The notes beneath the pieces are model-generated. The model was not told the origin of the DNA. It searched no databases and saw only the letters and a program-made list of their open reading frames with translations. DNA of 27,108 nucleotides, from positions 1 to 27,108 of IMG/VR virus record IMGVR_UViG_3300011334_000066; one strand, given 5' to 3'. Shown in pieces: positions 24,367 through 27,108 of this stretch. Each line of letters opens with the position of its first letter. The first letter of the stretch is position 1. Source of the DNA: a virus (lineage: Duplodnaviria > Caudoviricetes). The position numbers and the translations under genes were made by a program.

Positions 24367-25326
24367 TTGGATACTACAGAACCCATTGTCCCAACAGAAG
24401 CGCCAGATGCTAGGCGTGAGTTACTTTCACAACAATTTGATGAGGTAGTGCAAGCCGAACCCGCCAAATACCAACGTGAGGAATCGGGGAAATTTGCTTC
24501 TACTAATGAAAAATCCGCAGAAGAACCCGTAGAAGAACCCGTTTGGAAGCGTGCGCCCGCTAGTTGGAAAAAGGATTATCACGAAGTTTGGCAAACTGCC
24601 GACCCAAGGATGCAAGAGTATGCTTGGCAACGTGAAGAACAAATGCGCAAGGGCGTTGAGCCTTTGATCTCTAAGGCGCAGTTTGCAGATCAGATTAACG
24701 AGGTGGTTAACCCTTATTTGCAAACCATTCAAGGGATGGGTTTAGATACTCCCAAAGCGGTTAAAGCCTTGCTAGAGGCTGACCATATGTTGCGAACTAG
24801 TAATGGGCAAGATAAATTGCAATTATTTAGTAGATTAGCGCAACAATATGGAGTAAACTTAAATGAAGTCAATTTCCAACAGGGGGTTGACCCAACGATT
24901 TATGCACTTCAAAATGAACTAAATAATGTTCGTGGCGAGGTGAATGGCTGGAAACAGCAACAAGAGCAAGCTCAAAATCAGCAGCTTTTAGGCGAAATTG
25001 AAAAATTTAGCTCTAAAGCCGAACATTTTGAAGAAGCGCGTCCGACCATGATTCAACTCCTACAGAGTGGCGTGGCGCAGACGTTAGAGGACGCATATGA
25101 AAAAGCTGTGCGCCTCGACCCCGAGTTATTTGACAGCGTACAAGTCAGCAAACAGGCCGAATTGGTTAACGCAAAACGAGTAGCGGCAGACCGAGCAGCG
25201 AAATCTGCAAGGGCTAATGCGGTTTCGGTAAAGAGTTCCACACCAGGAATGGCTACCAAAAACAATGCTCAAGACCGACGTAGTTTATTGGCAGAGCAAT
25301 TTGACCAAATAACTGCACGACTTTAA
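24367..25326 (+). CDS. Capsid scaffolding protein
   Basis: AGGAGA SD and TTG start. Acidic N-terminus, helical body, directly upstream of the capsid gene. Confidence 0.75.
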   Translation: MDTTEPIVPTEAPDARRELLSQQFDEVVQAEPAKYQREESGKFASTNEKSAEEPVEEPVWKRAPASWKKDYHEVWQTADPRMQEYAWQREEQMRKGVEPLISKAQFADQINEVVNPYLQTIQGMGLDTPKAVKALLEADHMLRTSNGQDKLQLFSRLAQQYGVNLNEVNFQQGVDPTIYALQNELNNVRGEVNGWKQQQEQAQNQQLLGEIEKFSSKAEHFEEARPTMIQLLQSGVAQTLEDAYEKAVRLDPELFDSVQVSKQAELVNAKRVAADRAAKSARANAVSVKSSTPGMATKNNAQDRRSLLAEQFDQITARL

Positions 25327-25345
25327 TTGATATAGGAGAATTATT

Positions 25346-26347
25346 ATGGCATTTGCCAATTCCAGTATCAGCGACATCATTGCGACCAACATTCAAAGCC
25401 GTACTGGTGAGTTAGCTGATAACGTCACAAACAACAACGCCCTTTTGCGTAGACTCAAAGACCGTGGAAATGTGAAAACATTTTCAGGCGGTAATGTGAT
25501 CTTGCAAGAGATTATGTACACCGATAGCACAACAAATAACACGAATTCTTATTCTGGTTACGAAGTGCTGAACGTGTCACAAAACAGCCCAATCAGTTCT
25601 GCTCAGTTCAGCATTACTCAATACGCTGCCGCTGTGTCCATCTCTGGCTTAGAAATGATCCAGAACTCGGGCAAAGAGGCAATTATTGATCTGCTTGACG
25701 GACGCATGATGGTTGCCGAGGCACAATTGGCTAACCGCATTGGCGCTGACATCTACACAGATGGCACAGGCAATAGCGGCAAAAACATCACAGGTTTGGG
25801 CGCAGCAGTTCCTGATGCACCCTCAACAGGTACTTACGGTGGTATTAACCGTGCGAACTACAGCTTCTGGCGTTCAAGCAAGTATTCTGGCGTGACCGAT
25901 GGCGGCTCTGCTGTTTCAGCTTCAAACATCCAATCTTATATGGATTCTTTGGCTGTTCAGTTGATTCGTGGCACAGACAAGCCTGACTTGATCGTTGCCG
26001 ACAGTAACTATTACCGTTTGTATTTGCAGTCTATGCAATCCATTCAGCGTGTTACTGATGGTGGCAATTCCACTCAAGGCGCTGGCTTTGCTTCATTGAA
26101 ATACTATGGCGCTGGCATGGCATCTGATGTTGTGCTTGATGGTGGTATCGGTTCAGCCGCTACCGCAAACCATATGTGGTTCTTAAACACCAAATATTTG
26201 ATGTTCCGTCCCCACGTTGACCGTAACTTTGTGCCGATTGGTGGCGAGCGTCAAGCTGTCAACCAAGACGCCATCGTTAAGTTGATTGGTTGGGCTGGTA
26301 ACTTAACTAGCTCAGGCCCACAGTTCTGTGGCGTCTTGATCGCTTAA
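25346..26347 (+). CDS. Major capsid protein
   Basis: 333 aa with AGGAGA SD, following the scaffold. LADNVTNNNALL.RL and GKNITGL motifs; codon bias of a highly expressed gene. Confidence 0.88.
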   Translation: MAFANSSISDIIATNIQSRTGELADNVTNNNALLRRLKDRGNVKTFSGGNVILQEIMYTDSTTNNTNSYSGYEVLNVSQNSPISSAQFSITQYAAAVSISGLEMIQNSGKEAIIDLLDGRMMVAEAQLANRIGADIYTDGTGNSGKNITGLGAAVPDAPSTGTYGGINRANYSFWRSSKYSGVTDGGSAVSASNIQSYMDSLAVQLIRGTDKPDLIVADSNYYRLYLQSMQSIQRVTDGGNSTQGAGFASLKYYGAGMASDVVLDGGIGSAATANHMWFLNTKYLMFRPHVDRNFVPIGGERQAVNQDAIVKLIGWAGNLTSSGPQFCGVLIA

Positions 26348-26361
26348 AGGAGTATGTAATC

Positions 26362-26658
26362 ATGGCATATACAATCACCCCCCTCATTGGTATTGACTTT
26401 AATAATACAGTCAACACCAACTTAAACAGCGCTGGCACGGCAGTCCCTACCTTTGGCCCTTTGGGTGCTGAAGTGTTTGGCTCTGACGGCAAGATTTATG
26501 TATTGGCTCAAGCCAACGCATCTATCCCCGCCTCAACAGCCGTTTGCACTATCAATGCAACCACATTCTTGGTCACAGCTTCAGGTGGTGCTTACACATC
26601 ACCCGCAGTTGCCCTAGTCTCTGGTGACACTGCATGGTTCTCTAAAGCATCTGTGTAA
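26362..26658 (+). CDS. Putative capsid decoration/cement protein
   Basis: AAGGAG SD. Small beta protein between capsid gene and terminator. Confidence 0.6.
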   Translation: MAYTITPLIGIDFNNTVNTNLNSAGTAVPTFGPLGAEVFGSDGKIYVLAQANASIPASTAVCTINATTFLVTASGGAYTSPAVALVSGDTAWFSKASV

Positions 26659-26662
26659 AAAT

Positions 26663-26693
26663 AAAAGGGGCGGCATAAAAACCGCCTCTTTTT
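26663..26693 (+). terminator. Intrinsic terminator after capsid/decoration genes
   Basis: AAAAGGGGCGG-loop-CCGCCTCTTTTT. Confidence 0.75.
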
Positions 26694-26708
26694 AATTAAG
26701 GAACTAAT

Positions 26709-27071
26709 ATGGCTATCCCCTCACGAATTCTTGGCGCTGGTAACTCGCCTTTGTCCACAGTCTCTATCGCTGGCGATGGCGCTGTTGGCATTGTTGCATT
26801 GGGTACAAATGCTGCCACTGCAACGCAATTGTCTGCGGTGTTCAACACAATCACAACTTCATCTGCTTCTACAGGCGTTAAATTGCCTCCTACAGAAGCG
26901 GGCGCAATGGTTGGTATTCGTAACGATTCAGGTCAAACAATTTCTGTTTACCCTTACAATACAAGCTCAACCATCAATGCAGCAGCGACATCTGTTACAT
27001 TGGCAACAGCAAAGAGCATGATTCTTTTTGCTCCAAGCGCAACAACTTGGGCATCCGTCACTTCAGCTTAA
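26709..27071 (+). CDS. Putative virion structural protein
   Basis: AAGGA SD; Ala/Thr/Ser-rich beta protein. Confidence 0.6.
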   Translation: MAIPSRILGAGNSPLSTVSIAGDGAVGIVALGTNAATATQLSAVFNTITTSSASTGVKLPPTEAGAMVGIRNDSGQTISVYPYNTSSTINAAATSVTLATAKSMILFAPSATTWASVTSA

Positions 27072-27088
27072 TCCCCACAGGATAAAAA

Positions 27089-27108
27089 ATGGCACTAGAT
27101 TCCGATAT
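27089..27108 (+). CDS. Start of next gene (3'-truncated)
   Basis: AGGA SD then ATG GCA CTA GAT TCC GAT. Confidence 0.5.

Noticed and set aside
26330-26362. Programmed frameshift extending the capsid protein
   Set aside because: No slippery heptamer before the stop, and the next gene has its own strong SD.

Overview
This window is about 27 kb of a tailed dsDNA phage genome with podovirus-like, P22/lambdoid-style organisation, probably infecting a proteobacterium (host is inference only). It opens inside the ejection/internal virion genes. Next come a tail fibre and adhesin block, a sulfotransferase plus APS-kinase-like pair, and a lysis cassette (3-TM holin, GH24 lysozyme, HNH-AP2 insert). 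A leftward recombination operon follows (Sak3, YqaJ exonuclease, SSB-like). After it lie a divergent control region with a Cro-like gene but no CI or integrase, and a replication/nin region (RusA, glutaredoxin, NinB, ferritin-like). The head module ends the window (TerS, TerL, portal, scaffold, capsid, decoration). The most notable signals are: (1) a structured RNA behind a consensus promoter whose loops are complementary to sites both upstream and downstream, resembling P4 CI/P1 C4 antisense control in a phage with no visible repressor; (2) a PAPS-making and PAPS-using enzyme pair coupled to the receptor-binding genes; (3) a charge-free Q/N 18-aa repeat virion protein ending in an S74 chaperone; (4) two intergenic RNAs that each close with a 7-bp stem followed by ACC(C)AACAAGG. 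All family assignments come from motif recognition by eye, not database searches.
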